From contig JAWOID010000018.1 of NCBI GenBank assembly GCA_046484865.1, positions 64,001 to 128,000 of the forward strand: a stretch of 64,000 bases of DNA. The letters are read 5' to 3'. Every line of letters begins with the position of its first letter. The first letter of the stretch is position 1. Position numbers and translations under genes: made by a program. Source of the DNA: Candidatus Krumholzibacteriia bacterium (GTDB lineage: Bacteria > Krumholzibacteriota > Krumholzibacteriia > LZORAL124-64-63). Shown in pieces: positions 1 to 9,442 of this stretch. The notes beneath the pieces were generated by a model. The model was not told the DNA's origin. It did no database searches and worked only from the letters and a program-made list of their open reading frames with translations.

Positions 1-794
1 TCCGCGGTGGCACCATAGCTCACCATCTCGCCCAGGATCGCGGCGCCGCGGCGACGGGCATGCTCCTCCTCCTCCAGCACGAGCACCCCGGCGCCTTCGC
101 CCAGCACGAACCCGTCGCGCTCCGCGTCGAAAGGGCGGCTGGCGTGGGTCGGGTCGTCGTTGCGGGTGGAGAGGGCCTTCATGTTCCCGAAGCCGGCCAG
201 CGCGCATGGCGAGATCGTCGCCTCGCTGCCGCCCGTGATCATGACGTCGGCCTGGCCGAGACGGATCTGATCGAAGGCGCAGGCGAGCGCATGCCCGCCC
301 GAGGCGCACGCCGAGACCGTGCAGAAGTTCGCGCCCCGGAAACCGTACCTGATCGAGATCAGTCCCGCCGCCATGTCGGCGATCATCATGGGGATGAAGA
401 GCGGCGACACGCGCGACGGCCCCCGCTCCAGCAACCGCTTGTGCTGCTCTTCCCAGGTGATCATGCCGCCGATGCCCGAGGCGACGATCACGCCGGCGCG
501 GAACGGATCCCGCACCTCGCCGACGCCCGCCTGCTCCATCGCCTGTCGTGCCGCATCCATGGCGAACTGGCAGAAACGGTCGGCCTTGCGCGCTTCCTTG
601 GGTTCCATCGACCGGTGCGGGTCGAAGTCCCGCACCTCGGCGGCGAACTGCGTCCGGTACTCGCCGGCATCGAAGGACTCGATCGGGCCCACGCCGTTGC
701 GGCCCGCCACGAGCGCCTCCCAGGAAGCGTCCCGATCCTTGCCGACCGCCGTGACGAGACCCAGACCCGTGACCACGACTTTCCGGTGCTCCAA
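1..794 (-). CDS. fabF: 3-oxoacyl-ACP synthase II, partial (runs off window start)
   Basis: Hand translation from TTG at 794 gives MEHRKVVVTGLGLVT...TVSACASG...RPFDAERDGFVLGEGAG. GGAGG upstream; follows acpP. Not in the ORF track because there is no stop in the window. Confidence 0.95.
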   Translation of the reverse strand, partial: MEHRKVVVTGLGLVTAVGKDRDASWEALVAGRNGVGPIESFDAGEYRTQFAAEVRDFDPHRSMEPKEARKADRFCQFAMDAARQAMEQAGVGEVRDPFRAGVIVASGIGGMITWEEQHKRLLERGPSRVSPLFIPMMIADMAAGLISIRYGFRGANFCTVSACASGGHALACAFDQIRLGQADVMITGGSEATISPCALAGFGNMKALSTRNDDPTHASRPFDAERDGFVLGEGAGVLVLEEEEHARRRGAAILGEMVSYGATA

Positions 795-885
795 CGCTCC
801 AGACCTCCGTGCGCGCGGGCCCCCCGGCCCGCTTCCCCTGAGTTGCTGACGACGCGGCGAACTGTCGGCGGCGCCGAAACCAGAA

Positions 886-919
886 CCCGGTCTCGCCCGC
901 CTCCGCGGCCGAGACCGGG
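886..919 (-). terminator. Hairpin / intrinsic terminator-like element between acpP and fabF
   Basis: Inverted repeat CCCGGTCTCG...CGAGACCGGG, followed on the minus strand by TTCTGGTTTC. Confidence 0.55.
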
Positions 920-960
920 ATTCAAGCCCGATCCTGCGCCGGTACGGCCGACGCTCGACG

Positions 961-1200
961 TCAGCTCTCGAGGTGCGCTTCCAGGTAGTCGATGGCGTCC
1001 TGGACGGTCCGCAGCTTCTCCTGATCCTCCTCGGGGATCGTGATGTTGAACTGCTCCTCCAGGTCCATCACCAGTTCCACCGTGTCCAGCGAATCGGCCC
1101 CCAGATCCTCCGTGAACGACGCCTCCGGCGTGATCTGCTCGGGGTTCACCGAGAGCTTGCGCTCGATGATCTCGTACACCTTGTCCTGAATCGACGCCAT
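961..1200 (-). CDS. acpP: Acyl carrier protein
   Basis: 79 aa, acidic, [14 protein letters not shown] phosphopantetheine motif; AGGAGG RBS. Confidence 0.97.
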   Translation of the reverse strand: MASIQDKVYEIIERKLSVNPEQITPEASFTEDLGADSLDTVELVMDLEEQFNITIPEEDQEKLRTVQDAIDYLEAHLES

Positions 1201-1233
1201 TCTGACGTTTCCTCCTGAGAGTGCGAATCGTGC

Positions 1234-1995
1234 TCAGGCCATCATGCCGCCGTCCACCACCAGCACCTGGCCGGTGATGTAGGCCGCGTCCGGGGAGAGC
1301 AAGAAACTGACGGCTCCCGCGACGTCATCGCCATCGCCGAACCGTCTGAGGGGTATCCGCCGGAGCATGTCCTCCTTGACCTTGTCGGGCAGGGATGCCG
1401 TCATATCCGTGGTGACGTACCCCGGCGCAACGACGTTGGCCGTCACGTGACGGCCGCCCAGTTCCCTCGCGACCGACTTGGTCAAGGCGACGATTCCAGC
1501 CTTGCTCGCCGCGTAGTTGACCTGCCCGGCGTTGCCGGACATGCCGATCACGGACGAGATGCTGACGATCCTCCCCTCTCTCCGGCGCATCATAAGAGGG
1601 GCCACCGCCCTTGTAAAGTAGAACGTCCCGTTGAGGTTCGTATCGATAACCGATTGCCAGTCCTCCGGTTTCATGCGCACGAGCAAGGCGTCGCGGGTGA
1701 TCCCGGCGTTGTTCACCAGACCGTGGATCTCGCCCAGGTCGCTGGACGCCTGCTGGACCACCTCCTCCACGCGCGACGCGTCCACGATGTCGGCGGTGTA
1801 GGTCCGCACCTCCGCCGTGCCGCCGCCGATCTCGGCCGCGACCGCGGCGAGCTTCGCCTCGTCACGCGCGACCAGGGCCAGCGGCCACCCGTCGCGGGCC
1901 AGGCGCGCGGCGATGGCCCGTCCGATACCGCGACTGGCGCCGGTGACGATCACCGCGCCGCGCGACACTCCGGATCCGGCTTCGTTCGCGACCAT
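1234..1995 (-). CDS. fabG: 3-oxoacyl-ACP reductase
   Basis: TGASRGIG, NNAGITRD and YAASK motifs; ATG at 1995 with GAAGGAG RBS; fab cluster context. Confidence 0.95.
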   Translation of the reverse strand: MVANEAGSGVSRGAVIVTGASRGIGRAIAARLARDGWPLALVARDEAKLAAVAAEIGGGTAEVRTYTADIVDASRVEEVVQQASSDLGEIHGLVNNAGITRDALLVRMKPEDWQSVIDTNLNGTFYFTRAVAPLMMRRREGRIVSISSVIGMSGNAGQVNYAASKAGIVALTKSVARELGGRHVTANVVAPGYVTTDMTASLPDKVKEDMLRRIPLRRFGDGDDVAGAVSFLLSPDAAYITGQVLVVDGGMMA

Positions 1996-2074
1996 GATCT
2001 CAGCTCCTTCCGTACCGCGGTTCGGGGGGCATGCGGCCGGCACCGCCGCGTTGCCGGGCCACGATCTCGATCCG

Positions 2075-3034
2075 TCAGATCCCGTGCTCGTCCAGGAGAG
2101 CGTCGATCCGCTCCAGATCGTCCACCGTGCCCACCGCCGCGAAGGCGACCTCCGGGTACTCCCGGCGGGCGAGGTTCGACAGCACCTTGCCGGGGCCCAC
2201 CTCCAGCACCAGCCTGGGCGCCTCGCCGGTCTCGGGACGGCAGATGCGTTCCATCGTCTCCTGCCAGCGTACCGGCGCGGTGAGCTGGCGCTCGAAACCG
2301 GCCCGCAACTCGGCCGCGGTGCTCACGGGCTCCGCGCTGACGTTCGCCACCAGGGGCATCACGGGGTCGGCCACCTCCAGCGCGGCCAGGAAGGTGGCGA
2401 ACGACCGCGCCGTGCCCTCCAGCAGCGGCGAGTGGAACGCGCCGCTGACGTTCAGCGGCACCACGCGCCGGGCCCCGGCCGCGACGAGGGCCGCCGACGC
2501 GGCTTCCACCGCCTTCACCTCGCCCGAGATCGCCACCTGGACGGCAGAGTTGTGATTCGCCACGACGACCACGCCGTGCTCCCGCGCGACCTCGGCGCAG
2601 ACCTCCGCCACGCGGGCGGCCGAGAGCCCCAGGACGGCGGCCATCGCGCCGGGCTGTTCGCGGCCGGCGGCGAACATCAGCTCGCCGCGGCGACGGACCG
2701 CCATCAGCCCGTCGTCGGGGGCCAGCGCGCCGGCCGCCACGGCGGCGGAGTACTCGCCGAGCGAGTGGCCGGCGACGATCGACGGCGCCACGCCGCGATC
2801 GAGCAGGGCCAGGACCACGGCCACCGAGTGCGCCAGGATCGCGGGCTGCGCGTGATGCGTCTGCGTGAGGATGTCGGCCGGCCCCTCGAACATCACCCTG
2901 GTGAGCCGGTGCTCCAGGATCCGATCCACGCGGCACAGGAAGTCGGCCGCGGGGCCGCTGCCGCCGGCCAGATCCCGGGCCATCCCGACCACCTGCGAGG
3001 CCTGCCCGGGGAAGATCATCGGCACCAGACGCAT
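2075..3034 (-). CDS. fabD: Malonyl-CoA:ACP transacylase
   Basis: FPGQASQ, GHSLGEY and VSGAFHS motifs; ATG at 3034 with GAGGAG RBS. Confidence 0.95.
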   Translation of the reverse strand: MRLVPMIFPGQASQVVGMARDLAGGSGPAADFLCRVDRILEHRLTRVMFEGPADILTQTHHAQPAILAHSVAVVLALLDRGVAPSIVAGHSLGEYSAAVAAGALAPDDGLMAVRRRGELMFAAGREQPGAMAAVLGLSAARVAEVCAEVAREHGVVVVANHNSAVQVAISGEVKAVEAASAALVAAGARRVVPLNVSGAFHSPLLEGTARSFATFLAALEVADPVMPLVANVSAEPVSTAAELRAGFERQLTAPVRWQETMERICRPETGEAPRLVLEVGPGKVLSNLARREYPEVAFAAVGTVDDLERIDALLDEHGI

Positions 3035-3078
3035 GGTCGTGCGGCTCCTCCGGTGAACCCGGCTGGACAGCCCGAACT

Positions 3079-4074
3079 TCAGGCGGCCAGGGTGGCCTGC
3101 AGCTTGCGTGGAATGGCGAGTTGCACCTGACGGTGCGCCACCCGCACGGCATTCGCGATGGCGCGGCTGGTGCTGCGCCCGTGGCTGATGATGGAGACGC
3201 CCTCGATCCCCAGGAGCAGGGCCCCTCCATAGCGTTCGTAGGAGAAGTGCTCCTGCAGGAAGGCCAGGAGCGGCCGCAGAGCGCTGCGGGCGGCGGGTTC
3301 CATGTCGCTCCGGCTGCCGAGCCCGGCGAGGAACTGACCGATCCCCTCCACCAGCTTCAGGACGATGTTGCCGGTGTAGCCGTCGGTGACCACGACGTCG
3401 GCGGCGTCCTGGAGCAGGCGGTTGCTCTCGACGTTGCCCACGAAGTGCAGCCCCGAACTCCTCAGCAGCTCGTGGGCCGCCACCGTCAGTTCGTTGCCCT
3501 TGGTGGCCTCCTCGCCGATGTTCAGCAGCCCCACCGTGGGATCGGGGACGCGCAACATCTCGCGGGCGTAAAGGGCGCCCATGCGCGCGAAGGTGAGCAG
3601 GTGTTCCGGCGTGCACTGCACGTTCGCGCCGGCGTCCACCAGGAGGATCTCGCCGCCGACGGTGGGCACCACCGTGGCGATCGCAGGCCGGTCGACCGAC
3701 GGCAGCCGTCCCAGGATCAGCAGGCTGGCCGCCACCATGGCGCCGGTGCTGCCTGCACTCACCACCGCATCCACCCCGCCTTCGGCCTGATCGCGCATGG
3801 CGCGGACGATGGGCGAGTCGGGACGGCTGCGAATGGCCGTCGCCGGCGACTCGTTCATCGCGATCGCCTGGCTGCAGGGCACCACCTCGATCGTGGAATC
3901 GTCGGCGCGTCCGCCGAGCTCCGAGCGGATCGCGACCTCGTCGCCGTAGAGCCTCAGGCGGAAACCACCCTCGCCGTCCAGCGCCGCCAGCGCGCCGGGG
4001 ACCACGACGGCAGGTCCCACGTCGCCCCCCATGGCATCCACGCCCACCACCGGCACCCGTCGGGCCTCGCTCAC
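3079..4074 (-). CDS. plsX: Phosphate acyltransferase PlsX
   Basis: VDAMGGD, SAGSTGA, DAGAN and LLNIGEEATKG motifs. Confidence 0.96.
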   Translation of the reverse strand: MSEARRVPVVGVDAMGGDVGPAVVVPGALAALDGEGGFRLRLYGDEVAIRSELGGRADDSTIEVVPCSQAIAMNESPATAIRSRPDSPIVRAMRDQAEGGVDAVVSAGSTGAMVAASLLILGRLPSVDRPAIATVVPTVGGEILLVDAGANVQCTPEHLLTFARMGALYAREMLRVPDPTVGLLNIGEEATKGNELTVAAHELLRSSGLHFVGNVESNRLLQDAADVVVTDGYTGNIVLKLVEGIGQFLAGLGSRSDMEPAARSALRPLLAFLQEHFSYERYGGALLLGIEGVSIISHGRSTSRAIANAVRVAHRQVQLAIPRKLQATLAA

Positions 4075-4142
4075 GCTCGCGACCTCCCCCGCTCGGGATC
4101 GTCACGCCACCCCGGCCGAGAGCCGAAACGGCAGGCGACGAT

Positions 4143-4322
4143 CTACGATTCGACCACCAGCACCTCGCGTTCGCCGTAGAATCCGCACTCTCGACAGACG
4201 CGATGCGGCAGGCGCGGCGCGCTGCAGTGGGGGCACTTGTTGGGGTCCGGCTTGGTCAGGTGCCAGTTGGCGCGACGAAGCCCCTTCTTGGACTTGCTGG
4301 TCTTCTTCTTCGGAACGGCCAT
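4143..4322 (-). CDS. rpmF: 50S ribosomal protein L32 (Zn-ribbon form)
   Basis: MAVPKKKTSKSK...CPHC...PHRVCRECG; GGAGG RBS. Confidence 0.97.
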   Translation of the reverse strand: MAVPKKKTSKSKKGLRRANWHLTKPDPNKCPHCSAPRLPHRVCRECGFYGEREVLVVES

Positions 4323-4347
4323 GATGTCTCCTCCGCGCGCCGCGCGG

Positions 4348-4833
4348 TCAAGCGTCCGGCAACCCTTCCCAGCGCGGGTCGGGCGACTCCGGGTCACAGG
4401 TGCAGGGGCCCCGATTCAGGTCGGCTCCGCACTGGATGCAGAGGCCGCGGCAATCCTGGTCACACACGGTCACCAGCGGCACGGCCAGGATCGCGGACTC
4501 GCGCAGCGCGTCATCCAGATCCACCTCGCCAGTGCGCTGATGGATGACGAGGTGTTCGCCCTCGTCCTCCCCTTCTTGTTCGCCGCCCCGCAGGATCATG
4601 ATCTCCACCGGAACCGGGTAGGTCAGCTCGAACTCGGCCAGGCAGCGGCCGCATTCCCCGCGCCCGCGGGCGACGAGGTCGCCCCGGACGAGGAATCGCT
4701 TGCCGAGATTGTCGACCGCGAGTTCTCCCTCCAGCCGCACGGCGGCGGGCAGGGATCCCTCGAGCAACGCGAGGTCCTCGGCCACCAGAAGCGTGGAGCC
4801 ACCGGGTGGCGTCCGGTCCAGATCCAGTCTCAT
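4348..4833 (-). CDS. yceD: YceD/DUF177 family protein
   Basis: CGRCL and CxxxCxGLCxxCGxxLN...DPRW motifs; canonical position upstream of rpmF. Confidence 0.9.
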   Translation of the reverse strand: MRLDLDRTPPGGSTLLVAEDLALLEGSLPAAVRLEGELAVDNLGKRFLVRGDLVARGRGECGRCLAEFELTYPVPVEIMILRGGEQEGEDEGEHLVIHQRTGEVDLDDALRESAILAVPLVTVCDQDCRGLCIQCGADLNRGPCTCDPESPDPRWEGLPDA

Positions 4834-4844
4834 GCGAGCGCCCA

Positions 4845-4873
4845 ACTCTAGGTTTGGAATCCGTTTATGTCAA
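4845..4873 (-). promoter_or_regulatory. Sigma70-type promoter for the yceD-rpmF-plsX-fab operon
   Basis: Minus strand reads TTGACA-N17-TAGAGT in an AT-rich patch of a GC-rich genome. Confidence 0.7.
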
Positions 4874-4902
4874 GGAACGGGCCGGTGCGGCCGGCCCGTT
4901 CC
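4874..4902 (-). terminator. Hairpin downstream of ndk
   Basis: 12-bp stem GGAACGGGCCGG / CCGGCCCGTTCC with a 5-nt loop; only a weak U-tract. Confidence 0.55.
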
Positions 4903-4920
4903 CGTGCTCCGTGCGCCGCC

Positions 4921-5328
4921 TCAGGCGCCGAAGATGATGCCCAGCTCGCGCTCGGCGTCGTCCGCGCTCGCCGAGGCGTGCACCGCGTTCTGCTGCAGCG
5001 ACGTCCCGTGGAGGAAGCGCACCGTCCCGGTGGCCGCATCCCGGGGGTTGGTGGCCCCGATCAACTCGCGCAACCGCCGCACCGCGTCCTCCCGCTCGAG
5101 GCGCACCGCCACCACGGGCCCCGAGGCGATGTAGCCGACCAGATCGTCGAAGAACGGCTTGCCGCGGTGTTCGGCGTAGAACTCCTCGACCGTGGCCCGG
5201 TCGAGACGCCGCAGCGCTAGGTCGACGATGCGGAACCCCGACGCGTTCACCTGGGCGAGGATGGCCCCCACCTTCTGGTCGTCCGCGGCGACGATCTCGG
5301 GCTTGAGCATGAAGTAGGTCTGCTCCAT
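4921..5328 (-). CDS. ndk: Nucleoside diphosphate kinase
   Basis: TYFMLKP, FYAEHRGKPFF, GATNP and NAVHAS (catalytic His). Confidence 0.93.
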   Translation of the reverse strand: MEQTYFMLKPEIVAADDQKVGAILAQVNASGFRIVDLALRRLDRATVEEFYAEHRGKPFFDDLVGYIASGPVVAVRLEREDAVRRLRELIGATNPRDAATGTVRFLHGTSLQQNAVHASASADDAERELGIIFGA

Positions 5329-5367
5329 GGCGCTCCCTCGCGGTCCCCGGGACCGCGGCAGCCGCTC

Positions 5368-6243
5368 TCAGCGGCGCCAGATCTCCTCGAGCCTGGGCAC
5401 GATGTCCCGGGGGCGGTCGGCCACCGGGATGCCCGCTCCTTCCAGCGCCTTCTTCTTCTCCGCGGCCGTTCCGGTACCGCCGGATACGATAGCGCCGGCA
5501 TGTCCCATCCGCTTGCCGGGAGGCGCCGTCTGACCGGCGATGAACGAGACCACCGGGATCTCGACGTTCGCGCTGATGTATTCGGCTGCGCGCTCCTCGG
5601 CATCGCCGCCGATCTCTCCGATCATCACCAGCGCCTCGGTGGCCGGATCGGCCGCGAAGGCCTTGATGGCGTCGAGGAAGCTGGTGCCGATGACGGGGTC
5701 GCCGCCGATGCCCAGACACGTGCTCTGGCCCAGCCCCGCCGCCGTCAGTTGCCAGACCACCTCGTAGGTGAGGGTGCCGCTGCGCGACACCACGCCCACG
5801 GTGCCTTCCTTCACGATCGAGGCCGGCATGATGCCCAGCTTGCAGATTCCCGGGGCCAGAAGCCCGGGGCAGTTGGGGCCGATCAGCCGCACGCCCCGCT
5901 CCTGCAGGTACGGCATGACCTTCACCATGTCCAGCGTCGGCACGCCCTCGGTGATGCAGACCACCAGCCCGATGCCGGCGTCCGCGGCCTCGAAGACCGC
6001 GCCCGCCGCCGCGAACGGCGGCACGAAGATGATGGACGTGTTGGCGCCGGTCTCGGCCACGGCGTCCTGCACGGTGTCGTACACGGGCACGCGGTCCTCG
6101 AACGTCTGACCGCCCTTGCCCGGGGTGACGCCCGCCACGACCTTGCTGCCGTAATCGAGCATCCCGCGCGTGTGGAAGCTGCCGTCGCGCCCGGTGATGC
6201 CCTGCACGACCACCTTGGTGGACTCGTCTACGAAGATCGCCAT
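5368..6243 (-). CDS. sucD: Succinyl-CoA synthetase alpha subunit
   Basis: [20 protein letters not shown] and RMGHAGA motifs. Confidence 0.97.
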   Translation of the reverse strand: MAIFVDESTKVVVQGITGRDGSFHTRGMLDYGSKVVAGVTPGKGGQTFEDRVPVYDTVQDAVAETGANTSIIFVPPFAAAGAVFEAADAGIGLVVCITEGVPTLDMVKVMPYLQERGVRLIGPNCPGLLAPGICKLGIMPASIVKEGTVGVVSRSGTLTYEVVWQLTAAGLGQSTCLGIGGDPVIGTSFLDAIKAFAADPATEALVMIGEIGGDAEERAAEYISANVEIPVVSFIAGQTAPPGKRMGHAGAIVSGGTGTAAEKKKALEGAGIPVADRPRDIVPRLEEIWRR

Positions 6244-6348
6244 TTTGCGCTGCTCCTCTGTCTCGACGGACCGCGCCGCGCCCGCGGCGTCGGGCCGCCC
6301 GCCATCGCGGGCCTGGCCCGGACAGCGATGCCCTGGGGCGACGTCCGC

Positions 6349-7482
6349 CTAGCCGGCGAGCTCGATGGCCTTCTGGACGGCCTCGTCCATGGTCTCGGCC
6401 GGAACCAGCCGCGTCTCGGCCAGCATCCGCCGTGCTTCTTCCTCGTTGGTGCCGGTCAGGCGCACCACGATGGGCACGTCGATCTGCATGGATTCCGTGG
6501 CCCGGATGATGCCCTGGGCCACGTCGTCACAGCGCGTGATTCCCCCGAAGATGTTGAAGAGGACCGCCTTCACGTTCTCGTCGGCGAGGATGATCCCGAG
6601 GGCGTTCACCACCTTCTCCGGGTTCGAGCTGCCGCCGATGTCCAGGAAGTTCGCCGGCTGCCAGCCGTAGTACTTCACCAGATCCATGGTGGCCATGGCC
6701 AGACCGGCGCCGTTGACGAGGCAACCCACGTTCCCCTCGAGCTTGACGAAGGAGAGGTCGGCCTCGCGCGCCTGGCGTTCCGAGGGATCCTCGGCCTCCA
6801 GGTCCCGCAACTCCTCGTAGCCGGGATGCCGGAACAGCGCGTTGTCGTCGAGGTTGACCTTGGCGTCGATGGCGTGGCCCTTGCCGTCCTTCGTGAAGAT
6901 GAACGGGTTGATCTCAGCGAGGCTGGCGTCGGCGTGCAGGAACGCCTGGTAGAGCTTCTGCATCGCCAGGGCCAGCTGCCGGGCCTTGCGGACGTCGCCG
7001 CCGGTCAGCCGCAGCGCCATGCCCAGCGCCTCGTGATCCAGCAGCCCGTAACGCGGATCGATCGGCTGGCGCAGGATCGCCTCGGGATTCTCCTTCGCCA
7101 CCTGCTCGATCTCGACGCCGCCCTCGGCGCTGGCCATCAGCAGCACCCGCTGCGTGTTGCGGTCGATGAGCATGCCGACGTAGTACTCCTCGGCGATGTC
7201 CACCGCCGGGGTGATCAGCACCTTGCCCACCGTGTGTCCCTTGATGTCCATGCCCAGGATGCGCCCGGCGTGATCGCGCACCTCCTGCTCGGTCGTGCAG
7301 TACTTCACGCCGCCGGCCTTGCCGCGGCCGCCGGTGAGGACCTGCGCCTTCACCATGGCCGGCAAACCGACCTCGCGCGCATGAGCGACGGCATCGTCCG
7401 CCGTGGTGGCGACCTTGCCGCCCGGCACCGGCAGGCCGTAGCGGGTGAAGATCTCCTTGGCCTGGTACTCGTGGATGTTCAC
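6349..7482 (-). CDS. sucC: Succinyl-CoA synthetase beta subunit
   Basis: (M)NIHEYQAK start at GTG 7482; KAQVLTGGRGKAGG, NGAGLAMATMD and NIFGGI motifs. Confidence 0.96.
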   Translation of the reverse strand: MNIHEYQAKEIFTRYGLPVPGGKVATTADDAVAHAREVGLPAMVKAQVLTGGRGKAGGVKYCTTEQEVRDHAGRILGMDIKGHTVGKVLITPAVDIAEEYYVGMLIDRNTQRVLLMASAEGGVEIEQVAKENPEAILRQPIDPRYGLLDHEALGMALRLTGGDVRKARQLALAMQKLYQAFLHADASLAEINPFIFTKDGKGHAIDAKVNLDDNALFRHPGYEELRDLEAEDPSERQAREADLSFVKLEGNVGCLVNGAGLAMATMDLVKYYGWQPANFLDIGGSSNPEKVVNALGIILADENVKAVLFNIFGGITRCDDVAQGIIRATESMQIDVPIVVRLTGTNEEEARRMLAETRLVPAETMDEAVQKAIELAG

Positions 7483-7559
7483 GGATCGCCTCCCCGGATT
7501 GCGGCGGTGGCCGGCCCCGATCGATCCGATCGCCTCGGCCGGCCGCCCCTGCTTCTCGG

Positions 7560-8876
7560 CTAGCCCAGGAAGCGGGCCAGCAGTTGCTCCAGATTCGGCT
7601 CTCCGATCTCCTGGAGCTCGTACTTCACGCGAACGGTCGGCTTGTCGATCTTCACGATGCGGTTCAGGTCGATCGGCGTGCCGATGACCACCACGTCGCA
7701 ATCGACGGCGTTGATGGTCCTCTCCAGGTCGGCCACCTGCTCCGCGCCGTACCCCATGGCCGGCAGCAGCGTGCCGATCTCGGGATACGCCTCGAAGGTC
7801 TCGGCCAGCCGGCCCGTCGCCCAAGGGCGCGGGTCGACGAGCTCGGCGGCTCCGCGCCGCAGCGCCGCCACCACGCCGGCGCCGTAGGTCATGTCGCCGT
7901 GCGTGAGCGTGGGGCCGTCCTCCACCACCAGCACGCGCTTGCCCCGGAGGTCGACGTCGCCCTCGACGGTCAGCGGGCTGGCCGCGTCGACGATGACCAC
8001 GTCCGGGTTGATCTCCAGGATGTTGCGGCGGACGGTCTCGATGTCGTCGAACTCCGCCTCCACTTCCTTGTTGATCACCACGACGTCGGCCAGGCGCACG
8101 TTCGTCTCGCTGGGGTAGTATTCCTTCTCGTGGCCGGCGCGGTGCGGGTCAGCGACGACGACGTGCAGGTCGCTCCGGTAGAACGGGGTGTCGTTGTTGC
8201 CGCCGTCCCAGAGGATGATGTCGGCCTCCTTCTCCGCCTCGCGCAGGATCGCCTCGTAGTCGACCCCGGCGTAGATGACGCCCCCCGCCACGACGTGCGG
8301 CTCGTACTCCTCCATCTCCTCGATGGTGCACTCGTGCTTCTCGAGGTCCGACAGCTCGGCGAAACGCTGGACGCGCTGCTTCACGAGATCGCCGTACGGC
8401 ATCGGGTGGCGTACCGCCACCACCTTCTTGCCCGCCGCCCGCAGGATCTGCGCGATGCGCCGGCTGGTCTGGCTCTTGCCGCAGCCGGTGCGCACCGCGC
8501 CCACCGACACCACGGGCTTGCTGCTCACGAGCTGCGTCAGCCGCTCGCCGAGCATGGTGAAGTCGGCGCCCGCGGCGTTGCAGACCGAGCCGAGGCTCAT
8601 GACCTGCTGGTACGAGCGGTCGCTGTACGACATCACGCAGAGGTCGGCCTCGTGCCGGCGAATGAGTTCCACGAGATCGCTCTCGTCCTCGATCGGGATT
8701 CCCCCGGGGTAGAGTTCGCCGGCCAACTCGGCGGGGTACCGGCGGCCGTCGATGTCCGGGATCTGGGTGGCGGTGAAGGCGACGACCTCGTAGTCCGGAT
8801 TGTCGCGGTAGACGCAGTTGAAGTTGTGGAAGTCCCGCCCGGCTGCGCCGAGAATGATGACCTTCCTCTTGCCCAT
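7560..8876 (-). CDS. COG2403 P-loop protein (cyclic 2,3-diphosphoglycerate synthetase-like / putative arginine synthetase ArcE family)
   Basis: GAAGRDFHNFN, FTATQIP, P-loop AVRTGCGKS, RHPMPYG, TIEEMEEYE, WDGGNND and EDGPTLTHG motifs. Confidence 0.8.
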   Translation of the reverse strand: MGKRKVIILGAAGRDFHNFNCVYRDNPDYEVVAFTATQIPDIDGRRYPAELAGELYPGGIPIEDESDLVELIRRHEADLCVMSYSDRSYQQVMSLGSVCNAAGADFTMLGERLTQLVSSKPVVSVGAVRTGCGKSQTSRRIAQILRAAGKKVVAVRHPMPYGDLVKQRVQRFAELSDLEKHECTIEEMEEYEPHVVAGGVIYAGVDYEAILREAEKEADIILWDGGNNDTPFYRSDLHVVVADPHRAGHEKEYYPSETNVRLADVVVINKEVEAEFDDIETVRRNILEINPDVVIVDAASPLTVEGDVDLRGKRVLVVEDGPTLTHGDMTYGAGVVAALRRGAAELVDPRPWATGRLAETFEAYPEIGTLLPAMGYGAEQVADLERTINAVDCDVVVIGTPIDLNRIVKIDKPTVRVKYELQEIGEPNLEQLLARFLG

Positions 8877-8946
8877 GATGCCTCCTTGGCGAAGCGGGAA
8901 TACGCGCCGCGCGGCCGCATCCCGATCAGCGGCCAGGATGCCGCGG

Positions 8947-9441
8947 TCAGGTCGGCTCGCGTCGAATGGCAGCGATGATCCGAGAGGTCGACCAACCCGC
9001 CCGCATGGGCACTCTGACGACCCTGCCGCCCCAGGATTCGACTTCCCGGGCGCCCACGATGTCTGCCTCGGCGTACTCGGACCCCTTCACGAGCACGTCG
9101 GGCCGCACCAGCAGTATGGTCTCCAGAGGGGTTGGCTCGGGAAATATGGTGGTCGCCGAAACGGGCCGCAAGGCGGCGATCAGCGCCGCGCGGTCGGCTG
9201 CCGGCACCAGCGGCCGCCGGGGACCCTTCAGCAGCTGGACGGACGCGTCGTCGTTCAGCGCCACCAGCAGCCGGTCGGCCTCGGCCGCCGCCCGCCCGAA
9301 GCTGTCCAGATGACCGCGGTGGACCAGGTCGAAGCAGCCGTTCGTGAAGGCGATGGTCAGGCCGGCGGCGTGCACCTCGGCGGCCCATCCCGCGAGCTCC
9401 GCGCGCCCCAGCACGCGGCCCAGATCCACCGGGCGCGTCAC
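8947..9441 (-). CDS. rfaE2: D-glycero-beta-D-manno-heptose 1-phosphate adenylyltransferase (RfaE domain II / HldC)
   Basis: FTNGCFDLVHRGH, LKGPxRP, PDVLVKG and STS motifs. Confidence 0.9.
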   Translation of the reverse strand: MTRPVDLGRVLGRAELAGWAAEVHAAGLTIAFTNGCFDLVHRGHLDSFGRAAAEADRLLVALNDDASVQLLKGPRRPLVPAADRAALIAALRPVSATTIFPEPTPLETILLVRPDVLVKGSEYAEADIVGAREVESWGGRVVRVPMRAGWSTSRIIAAIRREPT

Positions 9442-9442
9442 C

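Noticed and set aside
2075..4105. ORF-track N-terminal extensions suggesting fusions (fabD 676 aa, pilM 718 aa, pilD 513 aa, pilS 757 aa)
   Set aside because: The extensions overlap other real genes or intergenic DNA in a non-coding frame. Each gene has a proper internal start with an RBS or a coupling overlap.
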